A DNA stretch of 64,000 nt, taken from positions 4,717 to 68,716 of the forward strand of contig JBMOOS010000020.1 of NCBI GenBank assembly GCA_049324415.1. The letters are read 5' to 3'. A model generated the notes under the pieces. It saw nothing but the letters and a program-made list of their open reading frames with translations. It did not search any database and was not told the origin of the DNA. The stretch is from Pseudomonadota bacterium. GTDB lineage: Bacteria > Pseudomonadota > Alphaproteobacteria > Sphingomonadales > CAKZYD01. This document shows, in pieces, positions 1-13,152 of the stretch. The position numbers were made by a program, and so were the translations under genes. The first letter of the stretch is position 1. The number at the start of each line of letters is the position of its first letter.

Positions 1-227
1 GCATCGCGCCGGAGCATCTGCAAAAGGTCTTCGACCCCTTCTTCACCACCAAGGAGCCGGGTCAGGGCACGGGCCAGGGCCTCAGCATTTCCCATACCAT
101 CATCACCAAGAAGCATGGGGGCACCATCGTCGCGGAATCGGACTATGGCGTGGGCGCCACTTTCACGATTTTGCTTCCCCTCATGGCGGCAAAAAAAACT
201 GGCGAGACTAAACCAACGGCGGAATAA
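1..227 (+). CDS. Sensor histidine kinase, C-terminal HATPase fragment (5' end outside window)
   Basis: Frame 3 reads ...IAPEHLQKVFDPFFTTKEPGQGTGQGLSISHTII...HGGTI (F and G2 boxes); TAA at 225-227; upstream of a response regulator. Confidence 0.9.
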   Translation, partial: IAPEHLQKVFDPFFTTKEPGQGTGQGLSISHTIITKKHGGTIVAESDYGVGATFTILLPLMAAKKTGETKPTAE

Positions 228-257
228 TGCGCCCGGTCGGAACAAGGAGGAAATGAA

Positions 258-1439
258 TTGGGCGAGAAGGTGCTGTTCGTCGATGACGAGGAAAACCTCC
301 TGGCGGCCATGGCGCGTCAGTTCCGGCGCAAATTCGAGATCCATACCGCCAACAATGGCGCGCAAGGCCTGGCGATGCTGGAAAGCGATGGCCCGTTCGA
401 GGTCGTCGTCAGCGACATGCGCATGCCGGAAATGAACGGGCTGCAGTTTTTCGCCAAGGCAAAGCTCAAGGCGCCGGAAAGCGTGCGCATCATGCTCACC
501 GGAAACGCCGACCAGGAAACCGTGGTCAAGGCGATCAACGAAGGCAGTATTTTCCGTTTTTACACCAAGCCCTGCCCGCCCGAGCAGCTCGAGGACGGCA
601 TCCGCGCCGGCATCAGGCAATATCAATTGGTCAATGCCGAGCGCCTGCTCCTCGACCGCACGCTGGCCGCCAGCGTCAAGGTGCTGGTCGATGTCCTGTC
701 GATGCTGGAGCCCGGCATCTTCGGCCGCTTGACGCGCACCCGGCAATGGGCGCGCGCCATCGCCCAGGCGGCGGGGCAGAAATATTCCTGGGAGCTCGAT
801 ATCGCCGTCATGCTGGCGCCGTTGGGCCATCTTGCCCTGCCCATGGAAGTGCAGGCGAAATTGCGCGAGGGGCAAAGCCTGTCGCCGACGGAAAAGGAGA
901 TGCTCGACCACGCGCCGGAAACCGCGCGTAATCTGGTCGCCAACATCCCGCGCCTGGAAGAGGTCGCCGGGCATGTCCATTACCAGCGCAAGGGCTATGA
1001 CGGCTCGGGCTTTCCCAATGACGAAGTGAAGGGCGCGGACATCCCCTTCGGCGCCCGTCTGTTGCGCCTGGTCAACGACTTGTCCGACGCGGTGACGAGC
1101 CAGGGATCCTTTCGCTCCGCCTTTCGCGCGCTCGACGAGGGCGCCAAAGTCTATGACCCGGCGCTGCTCCAGGCCGCCCGTAACCTTTATTCCCCCGCCG
1201 AGGGCGCGCCGCGCGGCGAGCCGCCGCGCGAAACCATCAAGGTGGGGGTCGCGCAATTGCGCCCTGGCGACCGGATGCTCAGCGACTTGCGCACCAAGGA
1301 TGGCACGCTGCTGCTGGCCCGTGACATGGACATCTCCCAGTTCGATATCGAGCGCCTGCTGCACAAGCGCCGGATTCTCGAAGTGTCCGAGCCGTTTTTC
1401 ATCACCCGGCAGAAGGAGAACAAGCCGGCGGCGTTTTAA
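258..1439 (+). CDS. Response regulator, REC plus degenerate HD-GYP-like domain
   Basis: [15 protein letters not shown] and FYTKP REC motifs; YDGSGFP and DIPFGARLL in the output domain; RBS AAGGAGG before TTG. Confidence 0.85.
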   Translation: MGEKVLFVDDEENLLAAMARQFRRKFEIHTANNGAQGLAMLESDGPFEVVVSDMRMPEMNGLQFFAKAKLKAPESVRIMLTGNADQETVVKAINEGSIFRFYTKPCPPEQLEDGIRAGIRQYQLVNAERLLLDRTLAASVKVLVDVLSMLEPGIFGRLTRTRQWARAIAQAAGQKYSWELDIAVMLAPLGHLALPMEVQAKLREGQSLSPTEKEMLDHAPETARNLVANIPRLEEVAGHVHYQRKGYDGSGFPNDEVKGADIPFGARLLRLVNDLSDAVTSQGSFRSAFRALDEGAKVYDPALLQAARNLYSPAEGAPRGEPPRETIKVGVAQLRPGDRMLSDLRTKDGTLLLARDMDISQFDIERLLHKRRILEVSEPFFITRQKENKPAAF

Positions 1440-1536
1440 GGGGCGGCGCGGCTCGCCTCTTGCCTCACGCAAGCTTTATTTGCCTTTGCCGGTTGTTTTG
1501 CCATTTCAAGGCAGCGGCTGCGCAAGGAGATGCCCG

Positions 1537-2511
1537 ATGCCCATCATGTCGCGTCCGCGCTGGCGGGTGAGCGAGAACGAGGTGACGCCAGAGCGGCTTT
1601 ACGCCGACCGGCGGCAGGTCTTGCAGGCTATCGGGCTCGCCGGGCTTGGTTTGAGCGCAGCGGTTACGCCGGCCATGGCCAATGAAGGCAAGGAACGGGT
1701 GCTAAGGCCGCTTGAAGCAAAGCCCGGGCCTTATCGCTTATCCGAGGCGCCAACCCCTTATCCGGCGGTCACCAGCTATAATAACTTCTATGAATTCGGC
1801 GTCGACAAGGCCGACCCCGCCGCCCAGGCGTGGCGGATGCGGGTTGCCCCCTGGTCGGTCGCGGTCGCCGGCCATTGCGCGAGGCCCGGCACTTATGGCG
1901 TTGAGGATCTCATCAAGCCACGGGACTTGGAGGAGCGCATCTACCGCTTGCGCTGCGTCGAGGCCTGGTCGATGGTCATTCCCTGGATTGGCGTTCCCCT
2001 GGCGCGGGTGATCGCCGCCCTGCAGCCGACCGGGCGCGCCAAATACCTTGCCTTCGAAACGCTCCATGACCCGGAGCAGATGCCGGGGCAGCGCTGGCCG
2101 GTGCTCGACTGGCCCTATGTCGAGGGCTTGCGCATGGACGAGGCGATGCATCCGTTAAGCTTTCTTGCCGTCGGGCTTTACGGCAAGGAGCTCGCCAACC
2201 AAAACGGCGCCCCCCTCCGCCTGGTCGTGCCCTGGAAATACGGTTTCAAGTCCATCAAATCCATCGTTCGCCTGCGCTTTGTCGAGGACCAGCCCGCCAC
2301 CGCCTGGAACAAGGCGACGCCGCGGGAATACGGCTTTTACGCCAACGTCAATCCTCAGGTGGACCATCCCCGCTGGTCGCAGCGGACCGAACGGCGCATC
2401 GGCGGTGGTTTTGCCAGTCTTTTCAAGCGTTTCGAAACGCTGCCCTTCAACGGCTATGGTGAAGAAGTAGCCGGCCTTTACAAGGGCATGGACCTCACAA
2501 AATTTTTCTAA
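1537..2511 (+). CDS. msrP: Protein-methionine-sulfoxide reductase catalytic subunit MsrP
   Basis: Tat-like RR leader; [41 protein letters not shown]; start moved to the ATG after AAGGAG. Confidence 0.95.
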   Translation: MPIMSRPRWRVSENEVTPERLYADRRQVLQAIGLAGLGLSAAVTPAMANEGKERVLRPLEAKPGPYRLSEAPTPYPAVTSYNNFYEFGVDKADPAAQAWRMRVAPWSVAVAGHCARPGTYGVEDLIKPRDLEERIYRLRCVEAWSMVIPWIGVPLARVIAALQPTGRAKYLAFETLHDPEQMPGQRWPVLDWPYVEGLRMDEAMHPLSFLAVGLYGKELANQNGAPLRLVVPWKYGFKSIKSIVRLRFVEDQPATAWNKATPREYGFYANVNPQVDHPRWSQRTERRIGGGFASLFKRFETLPFNGYGEEVAGLYKGMDLTKFF

Positions 2512-2519
2512 TATCCGCC

Positions 2520-3146
2520 ATGACCAACGCTGTCTTCATGCGCCGATGGATAAAGCCGGGCCTGCACGTCGCCCTCGCCCTGCCGCTCCTCTGGCTGGCG
2601 TGGCAATGGGGCCTTGCCGCCCAGGGCTTGCCTCACGGCCTGGGGGTCAACCCCATCGAGGCGACGATACGCAGCTTGGGCGATTGGGGGATCCGCGTCC
2701 TGCTTGGCGCCCTTGCCGTCACCCCGCTTGCCCAATTGAGCGGATGGAAGCCGCTGATGGCGCTGCGCCGCATGGTGGGGCTATGGGCCTTTGCCTATGT
2801 GGCGTTGCACTTTGCCGCCTATTTCGGCATGGACAAGCTGCTGTCCTTGCAAGGGCTGTGGGCCGATGTCGTCAAGCGCCAATATATTACCCTCGGCATG
2901 GCGGGCCTCGCGCTCCTCATCCCCCTTGCCGTCACCTCGACCGGCGCCATGGTGCGCCGCTTGGGGGCGCGGCGCTGGAAAAGGCTGCATAAGCTGGTTT
3001 ACGCCATCGGGGTTCTTGCGGTCTTGCATCATTGGTTCATGGTGAAGGGGGTGCAATTGGCGCCGATCGTGCATGGCCTTATCCTCGCCGCTTTGCTGGG
3101 CGCTCGCGTCCTCATGCGCTTGAGGCGCCGGCTCGCGCCCGCCTGA
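2520..3146 (+). CDS. msrQ: Heme-binding membrane subunit MsrQ
   Basis: RRMVGLWAFAYVALH, LAVTS, WKRLHKLVY; adjacent to msrP. Confidence 0.93.
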   Translation: MTNAVFMRRWIKPGLHVALALPLLWLAWQWGLAAQGLPHGLGVNPIEATIRSLGDWGIRVLLGALAVTPLAQLSGWKPLMALRRMVGLWAFAYVALHFAAYFGMDKLLSLQGLWADVVKRQYITLGMAGLALLIPLAVTSTGAMVRRLGARRWKRLHKLVYAIGVLAVLHHWFMVKGVQLAPIVHGLILAALLGARVLMRLRRRLAPA

Positions 3147-3796
3147 TGAGGCCAGAGCTCGTCATTTTCGATTGCGACGGCGTCCTCGTCGACAGCGAGG
3201 CCATCGCCAATGGCGTTTTATTGGAGCATCTGCACGCCGAGGGCCTGGATTGCACCCTTGACGAGGCGATGGCCGCCTTCAACGGTCTTGCCATGGACGA
3301 CGTGGCGAAAAAGGCCGAGGGGATGCTTGGCCGGCCGTTGCCGGCGGACTTCCTCGCCAAGGTGCAAGCGCGCACCTTCGCCGCCTTTCGCGGCCGGCTG
3401 CGCCCCGTCGCCGGCGCCCGCGCCCTCGTTGAGGCGGTGCAGCGGGCGGGCATCAAGACCTGCATCGCCTCCTCGGGCGGCTTTGACAAGATGGCGGTCA
3501 CCCTGACCGAAACCGGGCTGGCGCCGCTTTTCACCGGCCGGGTCTTTTCCGCGGCGCAAGTGGCGCGGGGAAAACCGGCCCCCGACCTTTTTCTCTTCGC
3601 CGCGCGGCGGATGGGGGTGGCGCCTTCCCAGGCGCTGGTGATCGAGGACAGCCTCGCTGGCGTCGCGGCGGCGCGGGCCGCCGGAATGGCGGTCATCGCC
3701 TTGGTTTCCCATGGTACGGCGGCACCTTTTGAAGCCGCGGGGGCGCGTGTGGTGCGCCACCTTGACGCGGCGCCGGCGCTCCTCCACCTGCTTTAA
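3146..3796 (+). CDS. HAD-family phosphatase
   Basis: IFDCDGVLVDSE, GKPAPDLF, IEDS..G motifs; TGATG overlap with the msrQ stop. Confidence 0.9.
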   Translation: MRPELVIFDCDGVLVDSEAIANGVLLEHLHAEGLDCTLDEAMAAFNGLAMDDVAKKAEGMLGRPLPADFLAKVQARTFAAFRGRLRPVAGARALVEAVQRAGIKTCIASSGGFDKMAVTLTETGLAPLFTGRVFSAAQVARGKPAPDLFLFAARRMGVAPSQALVIEDSLAGVAAARAAGMAVIALVSHGTAAPFEAAGARVVRHLDAAPALLHLL

Positions 3797-4692
3797 GACG
3801 CCCGGGGAAAATCGGCGATCTCGTCGAATAGAAAGTCGCGAAAGGCTTGCAGCCGCAACGAATTCTTGAGCTCGGCCGGATAGACGAAATAGGTCTGGAA
3901 ATTGGGCCCCTTCACTTCGGGCAGAATGTGAACGAGGTCGGGCTCGTGCCGGGCGACATAGTCGGGGAGGGCGGCGATGCCAAGGCTGGCCCGCAAGGCC
4001 TTCATGATGCCGTAGATATTGTTGATGGTGAGAAGCGGCTTTTTCACCATGTCGGCCTTGCTCAGCTTCAACACCCAGTTGACGTCGCGGATCGGCGAGG
4101 GGGCATGGGGGCCGTAGACGATGAGCGGATGCTTGCCCAATTCCTCGACCGAGTGGGGCTCGCCATGCAGCGCGAGGTAATTCCGGCTGGCATAGATATT
4201 GTGCTGGACACGCACCAGCGGGCGCTGGATGAGGTCGCCTTGCCTGGGCTGCTTGAAGCGGATGGCGACTTCCGCTTGGCGGGTGTTGAGGTCCAGCTCC
4301 TCGTCGGAGAGGAGAAGCTGCAAACGCAGCGCCGGATAGCGTTCATAAAAATGCGGCAGATGTGGCACCAGCCAGAGCGAGCCGAAGCTCACCGTCGTGG
4401 TGACGCTGAGAACCCCCTTGGCGACGCCCCGCGATTCCGCCATTTCCCGCTCGGCGGCCTCGATCCGGTCGGCAAAGCCGCTGGTGGCGCGCGACAGGCG
4501 CTCGCCCTCGTAGGTCAAGGCGATGCCCCGGGCATGGCGATAGAAGAGACTCGCCCCCGCTTGTTCCTCAAGGGTGCGGATTTGCCGCGACAAGGCCGGC
4601 TGGCTCATCCCCAACAGGCGGGCGGCGTCGGTGAGGCTGCCGGCCTCGACCACCGCGTGAAACAGCCGCAGCTTGTCCCAATCGAGCGCCAT
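3793..4692 (-). CDS. LysR-family regulator (LsrB/VtlR-like)
   Basis: MALDWDKLRLF...SQPALSRQI HTH; position just downstream of trxB matches lsrB/vtlR as I recall them. Confidence 0.9.
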   Translation of the reverse strand: MALDWDKLRLFHAVVEAGSLTDAARLLGMSQPALSRQIRTLEEQAGASLFYRHARGIALTYEGERLSRATSGFADRIEAAEREMAESRGVAKGVLSVTTTVSFGSLWLVPHLPHFYERYPALRLQLLLSDEELDLNTRQAEVAIRFKQPRQGDLIQRPLVRVQHNIYASRNYLALHGEPHSVEELGKHPLIVYGPHAPSPIRDVNWVLKLSKADMVKKPLLTINNIYGIMKALRASLGIAALPDYVARHEPDLVHILPEVKGPNFQTYFVYPAELKNSLRLQAFRDFLFDEIADFPRAS

Positions 4693-4710
4693 TGGCGGCC
4701 TTGTTCCCGC

Positions 4711-5676
4711 TTACTGCGCGGCTTGGGCATGGGCCGCTTCATGGGCGAGGAAATCCTCCGCCTCGAGCGCCGCCATGCAGCCCATGCCCGCCGCCGTCAC
4801 CGCCTGGCGGTAGACCTTGTCCTTGACATCGCCGGCGGCGTAAACCCCCGGAATGCTGGTCGCCGTCGAATCCGGCGCGGTCAGCAGATAGCCCTCATCG
4901 TCCATTTCAAGCTTGCCCCGAAACAACTTGGTCGCCGGGTCGTGGCCGATGGCGATGAACACGCCATGACAGTCGATGCGGCGTTTTTCGCCCGTCTTCG
5001 CGTTTTTCACATGCACGCCGGTCACCCCCAAGGGATCTTGGGTGCCGAGAATTTCCGTCACCACATGGTCCCAGACAACCGCGATCTTGGGATTGGCGCG
5101 CAGCCGCTGTTGCAGGATTTTCTCGGCGCGCAAGGCATCGCGGCGGTGGATGAGGGTCACCTTGGTTGCGAAATTGGTGAGGAACAAGGCTTCCTCCACC
5201 GCGGTGTTGCCGCCGCCCACCACCACCACCTCCTTGCCGCGGTAGAAAAAGCCATCGCAGGTGGCGCAGGCGGAAACGCCAAAGCCCTTGTATTTGGCTT
5301 CCGACTGAAGGCCCAGCCAACGGGCCTGCGCGCCGGTGGCGATGATCACCGTATCGCCGGTATAGACCGCGCCATCATCGCCGATGGCGCGGAACGGCCG
5401 CGCCGAGAAGTCGACTTCGCGGACGTGATCGGCGATCAACCGCGCGCCGACATTTTCCGCCTGGGCCTTCATTTGCTCCATCAGCCACGGCCCTTGGATG
5501 GGGTCGGCAAAGCCGGGGTAATTCTCGACCTCGGTGGTGATGGTGAGCTGACCGCCAGGCTCCAGCCCCTGGATGACGAGCGGCGACAAGGCGGCGCGGG
5601 CGGCGTAAACCGCGGCGGTATAGCCGGCGGGGCCGGAGCCGATGATCAAAACCTTGCTGTGGAGGGTGTCGGCCAT
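4711..5676 (-). CDS. trxB: Thioredoxin reductase
   Basis: IIGSGPAGYTAA, CATCDG, GGGNTAVEEA, YRQAVTAAG. Confidence 0.97.
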   Translation of the reverse strand: MADTLHSKVLIIGSGPAGYTAAVYAARAALSPLVIQGLEPGGQLTITTEVENYPGFADPIQGPWLMEQMKAQAENVGARLIADHVREVDFSARPFRAIGDDGAVYTGDTVIIATGAQARWLGLQSEAKYKGFGVSACATCDGFFYRGKEVVVVGGGNTAVEEALFLTNFATKVTLIHRRDALRAEKILQQRLRANPKIAVVWDHVVTEILGTQDPLGVTGVHVKNAKTGEKRRIDCHGVFIAIGHDPATKLFRGKLEMDDEGYLLTAPDSTATSIPGVYAAGDVKDKVYRQAVTAAGMGCMAALEAEDFLAHEAAHAQAAQ

Positions 5677-5751
5677 GCGGAAAGGCTCCCTTGGCGGCGG
5701 ATAATGACGAATAGTGCGATATAGGATGGGAGGCGCCTGGCTGCAACCGGG

Positions 5752-7518
5752 CTAATGCGGTTGGCCATTCTGAGAGGCAGCGGGAAGGATGAGGAGGAGC
5801 TGCGCCGTGCGCGCGCTGTCCGACACGACGCCAAGCTGGCCGCCGCATAAGGCGGCAAGACGCATGGCGAAATCAAGGCCAAGGCCATAGCCCAAGGGCG
5901 TTGCGAGCAAAGGATGGGGCATGAGGGCCGCGCCGTTCATCACGTCGGCGAGCGCCGCCGCGCCGAGACCGCCGCGCCATAAGGGCAGGGCGGCGGCGAT
6001 GCGCACGGTATCTTTTTCGCCGGCGGCGAGCGACAAGGTCACTTGCCGGCTCGCCGGCGTCCAATGGGCGGCGCCACGGATCAGCTTGGCAAGGCAGCCT
6101 TCCAGAAATCGCGGATCGGCCTTGGCCTTGGGCAGCGGCTCATCGCGGGTGATGGCGACCCGTCCGCGCTTGCTTGCCGGCAGCGTGTCGCGCACTTTCA
6201 TCGCCATTTCCCCAACGTCGACGCTTTCGCAGGCATAGTGAAGCTTGCCGGCGTCGAGGCGGCCGGCGTCGAGAAGATCGCTCACCAGGCTTTCGATCCG
6301 CGCCGCCTCGGCGACGATTCGCGCCGAGCGGTCGCGGTAGGCGCTTATCACCGGCCCCCAGGTCTCGCCTTCGATGAGCTCGGCGAAACCCTTGATGGCG
6401 TTGATCGGGGTGCGCATCTCGTGGGCAAGCTCGGCGGCGTCGCGCTCGCTCGATTTTTTTAAGGGCGGGGCATCGTCGGCGGGCGGCGCGGCTTTTTCGG
6501 CCGCCGGCCCCAGGTGGCGCAGCACCCCGCGAAAGCCACGGTAAACGCCGCTGTCGGTCTCGAAAACCGGCACCCCGCACAGCTCGAAACGTTCGCCGGC
6601 AAGACTTGCTTCAGTGCGAAAGGCGCGCCGCGCGGCAATGCGCTGGCGCGCGGCTTGCGGCAGGGAAAAGACCACATCAAGCGCTTCGCCGGGCATTTTC
6701 GCCGCCTGCATGCCTGGCGTCCTCGGATCGGCCGTCCACTCGGTAAGGATGGCGAAGCGATCGGTTTGCCACAGTGCGTCGGCCCCCAATCCTGCCAGCG
6801 CGGCATGCTTGGGCGGGGCAGCTGGCCGGGGCTGCTCCGCGGCAAGGGCGGCGGTTGCCATTGATGGCTCTGCCGCCTGGGCGGAAGGCGCCGCCTGCCT
6901 CACCTCCGGGCTGAATAAATGCGCCGCGCGGCCCGCGGGCAGACCGTCCGCGCTGGCGGCGGCGAAAGACGCGGGCGCGGGGGGGGCTGGCTGCCTGACG
7001 GCCTCGCCGAAACGCTTGAGCTTGCCGAGGAGGTTCTGGATCTGGGCGCTGCCCCGCGCCTCGGCGCTGGCGGCAAGTGCCATCTCAGGCGGCTCCAAGG
7101 CCTCGAAAACCGCCTCGCGCACTTTTGGCGACAGGTTCTTGCGCTTGGCGAGATGGGCAAGATGAGTTCCCGGCAAATGCGGAACCAGGCGCAGCCACGC
7201 CGTCTCTGGCAGCGTCGCGCGATCGAGGATCCAGCGCGCCACGGGAAGGGCATCGCCGGCCAGCAGCAGCGCAAGCTCGACTGGCGGGCTCGACATGGCG
7301 CAGATGAGCTCGGCGATTTCGCCGCGCGCCTCGACCTCGACCTGGGGCAATATCCGTTCGATGAGCGCCATCACCCCGCCGCGGTGGCTGCCATGGGCGA
7401 TGGGCCGATCCTGGAGGATGAGGTCGGCAAGATGGCGGAACAGGGTGGTGCGGGCGGCTGGCGAGTCTTTTTCCAGCAACGACATCAAGTTGCGTAGCGT
7501 GTCATCGTAAAAGGTCAT
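5752..7518 (-). CDS. Histidine-kinase-like protein: helical (DUF2336-like) N-terminus, PAS-like region, HisKA, degenerate ATPase
   Basis: H-box AHEMRTPINAIKGFAELI (PleC/DivJ type); GYGLGL G2-like motif; N and G1 boxes not recognisable. Confidence 0.75.
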   Translation of the reverse strand: MTFYDDTLRNLMSLLEKDSPAARTTLFRHLADLILQDRPIAHGSHRGGVMALIERILPQVEVEARGEIAELICAMSSPPVELALLLAGDALPVARWILDRATLPETAWLRLVPHLPGTHLAHLAKRKNLSPKVREAVFEALEPPEMALAASAEARGSAQIQNLLGKLKRFGEAVRQPAPPAPASFAAASADGLPAGRAAHLFSPEVRQAAPSAQAAEPSMATAALAAEQPRPAAPPKHAALAGLGADALWQTDRFAILTEWTADPRTPGMQAAKMPGEALDVVFSLPQAARQRIAARRAFRTEASLAGERFELCGVPVFETDSGVYRGFRGVLRHLGPAAEKAAPPADDAPPLKKSSERDAAELAHEMRTPINAIKGFAELIEGETWGPVISAYRDRSARIVAEAARIESLVSDLLDAGRLDAGKLHYACESVDVGEMAMKVRDTLPASKRGRVAITRDEPLPKAKADPRFLEGCLAKLIRGAAHWTPASRQVTLSLAAGEKDTVRIAAALPLWRGGLGAAALADVMNGAALMPHPLLATPLGYGLGLDFAMRLAALCGGQLGVVSDSARTAQLLLILPAASQNGQPH

Positions 7519-7618
7519 GATTGGACCCGCGCCCCCGGCCGTCCCCAACCCCAGCCCGCAATAATGCTGCGTCAGTCTTGGCGGCTCCCACTTAAGCCCC
7601 TATACACCAAGGCGAATC

Positions 7619-7633
7619 TCAAGTCATGGTTAA
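7619..7633 (-). promoter_or_regulatory. Putative CtrA box
   Basis: Minus strand TTAACCATGACTTGA (TTAA-N7-TTGA, includes TTAACCAT); GANTC adjacent at 7614-7618. Confidence 0.55.
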
Positions 7634-7781
7634 CGAGCGCCGAAGGTCGGCATTGTATCGGGACGGTAATAAAATAACTTTCGAAAGAAATATTCTTTCC
7701 ATATTCTTCAACATATGGTAACAACCCTCTGAGGAATTGGCCATAATCGGCCCTGCGTTGACTAAAAGCGGAGAGAATGCC

Positions 7782-8255
7782 ATGTCGCGCGTTAAGCTGG
7801 ATTCCGTCGACCGCCGTATCCTGGCAACCTTGCAGGACGATGGCCGCATCACCAATGTCGATCTTGCCGCCCAGGCGGGCATCACCGCGCCGCCCTGCCT
7901 GCGCCGTGTCCGCGCCCTGGAAGAGGCCGGCTATATCCGCAGCTATCACGCCGAGCTCAACCCCGAGCTGATGGGTTATGGCATCACCGTGTTCGCCATG
8001 GTCGGGCTGCATAGCCAGGCCGAGGCGGATTTGAAGGCCTTCGAAAACCTGGTCGCGAGTCTCCCCCAGGTGCGGGAGTGTTACATGCTCAACGGCGAGA
8101 TCGACTTCATTCTCAAAATCGTCGCCCGTGATTTGGCGGAGTTTCAGGATTTCCTGACCTCGAAACTGACGCCGGCGCCCAATGTGGATTCGGTGAAGAC
8201 CTCGCTCACCATCCGCACCTCGAAAAAGCTGCCCGGGGTTCCCGTCGAAATATGA
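7782..8255 (+). CDS. Lrp/AsnC-family regulator
   Basis: LDSVDRRILATLQDDGRITNVDLA...PCLRRVRALEEAGYI; ECYMLNGEIDFILK. Confidence 0.95.
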   Translation: MSRVKLDSVDRRILATLQDDGRITNVDLAAQAGITAPPCLRRVRALEEAGYIRSYHAELNPELMGYGITVFAMVGLHSQAEADLKAFENLVASLPQVRECYMLNGEIDFILKIVARDLAEFQDFLTSKLTPAPNVDSVKTSLTIRTSKKLPGVPVEI

Positions 8256-8308
8256 CTTGCTCGCCGATGAAAGATTTCAGCGCGACATGAGTTGAAGCGC
8301 GCTTGAGG

Positions 8309-8428
8309 CTGGTGGTCCGCCCCAAACGGATAAATCCATCCGTTTGGGAAAAGTGGAGTACTTAGTTATTGAATCTGTGGTGCGATTCCAACAGATGGAA
8401 CCATCTGTTGGAGAAATCGCACCACTAG
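8309..8428 (-). repeat. Family A palindromic element, reversed and partly rearranged copy (120 bp)
   Basis: Reverse complement of the 122 bp element; one terminal CTAG is CTGG; the arm-1 bulge is on the opposite side. Confidence 0.9.
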
Positions 8429-8870
8429 GGTAGAATACGCCATCCGCGAGCGGTTCCCGCAAAGCGGCCTTGACCGTGGGTTGGAGGAATGCTTGGGGAA
8501 GCGCGGCGCGGGCTGTGGCAAGCATGAAGGCCTTCAAAAAAGGCCTTGCCATGGCGGTCTTGTCATGAAGAACGGAGGAGGTGCATGGAGAGTCCACCGG
8601 ACCAGATATTCGGGCCCTGCGCTTTCGCGGGGCCGCGGCTTGCCTGACTGTACAGGCTGACCTTCGGGGTGGCCTGCCGTTCGGCCGACAGGCGAGAGCC
8701 GTTCGACAAAAATGGATGTCAAGTGATTGATAGACCGGCCGGCTGCACAGGCCATGCAGTCGGAGGAGGTCTCGATGTGGATTTGCTTTTTCAAGCAATC
8801 GGGCATGACCCCTGATGGACAAGTCCTGAGCGGATAACGTCCCCTATAGCGGGCATGGCCCCATGATGAA

Positions 8871-8909
8871 GAGCCCCGGACCCTTGAATGGGCCGGGGCT
8901 CGTTGCTTT
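8871..8909. terminator. GC-rich hairpin, likely terminator between the intergenic region and greA
   Basis: GAGCCCCGG...CCGGGGCTC followed by GTTGCTTT. Confidence 0.55.
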
Positions 8910-8977
8910 GGAACGCATCGCCTTATGGTGAAAGCCTATGCCACTTTCCCGGCGCGCCATTCTCACTCGGGCGCAGG

Positions 8978-9457
8978 TCAACGGAACTCGATCTTCTTGA
9001 CCTCGTAATAGCGGTCGCCAGAGGGAGTCATGACCTCGACCTCGTCGCCCTTGCGGCGGCCGATGAGGGCGCGGCCGATGGGCGAGGTATAGGAAATCTT
9101 GCCGTTCTTGACATCGGCCTCATCGGCGCCGACGATTTGGTATTTGAGCTTTTTGTCGTCCTCGTCGAGCAAGGTCACGGTGGCGCCGAACACCACCTTG
9201 TCGCCGCCAAGGCTCGAAGGGTCGATGATCTCGGCGCGGCTGACCTTGTCCTCGAGCTCGGTGATGCGCGCCTCGATCATGCCCTGGCGCTCCTTGGCCG
9301 CGTGATATTCGGCGTTTTCCGAGAGATCGCCATGGGCGCGCGCCTCCTCGATGGCGTGCACCACTTCGGCGCGATCGACGTTCTTGAGCTTTTTCAGCTC
9401 GGCCTCCAAGGCCCGGAAACCTTCGATCAGCATGGGAATGCGGTCGTGATTGGCCAT
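8978..9457 (-). CDS. greA: Transcription elongation factor GreA
   Basis: [31 protein letters not shown]; RBS GAGGA before ATG 9457. Confidence 0.97.
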   Translation of the reverse strand: MANHDRIPMLIEGFRALEAELKKLKNVDRAEVVHAIEEARAHGDLSENAEYHAAKERQGMIEARITELEDKVSRAEIIDPSSLGGDKVVFGATVTLLDEDDKKLKYQIVGADEADVKNGKISYTSPIGRALIGRRKGDEVEVMTPSGDRYYEVKKIEFR

Positions 9458-9600
9458 GGCGTTGTGTTCCTCAAGGAGTCCGAACAGCAAAATTCCCCAC
9501 CCGGTGCATGGGGAACTTGGCCACCTGCACCCGGCTTCGCTCCACTCTGGGGGGAGAGCTTTCAAACAAGATGAAAAAATATGGCTTGCAGGTGCAAACT

Positions 9601-12876
<3,276 letters not shown>

Positions 12877-13030
12877 GGGGCTCCGCCGCTGGTGCGAAAA
12901 AACGCGACACATAGAAACCCGAGGGCCCCGGGGCGGCTTTACCGACGGGGGGCCTTCGAGCTCGGGGCGAGTTAGCGGCTCGGCGGCGCAAGATCAAGAG
13001 AAATAGGCCGCCCGCATTTAAGTTCTTCCT

Positions 13031-13152
13031 CTAGTGGTGCGATTCCGACGGATGGTTCCCATCTGTTGGAGAAATCGCACCACAGATTCAATAACTTAAG
13101 TGGTCCACTTTTCCCAAACGGATGGATTTATCCGTTTGGGGCGGACCACTAG
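13031..13152 (+). repeat. Family A palindromic element (122 bp, CTAG-bounded)
   Basis: 2 substitutions relative to the 38522 copy; right CTAG contains the permease stop codon. Confidence 0.95.

Noticed and set aside
3847-5724. 625 aa plus-strand ORF
   Set aside because: Antisense shadow of the LysR gene and trxB, typical of high-GC codon bias
8645-8680. TGA followed by a hairpin as a selenocysteine/SECIS signal
   Set aside because: The read-through peptide has no redox motif, and the UUCG-capped hairpin does not look like a bacterial SECIS
8277-8822. 181 aa and 90 aa minus-strand ORFs in the lrp-greA gap
   Set aside because: No recognisable motifs; the longer one runs through a family A repeat
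8810-8840. CTGATGGA as a hammerhead ribozyme core
   Set aside because: The core needs CUGANGA and a matching GAAA in the right stem context, and neither is present
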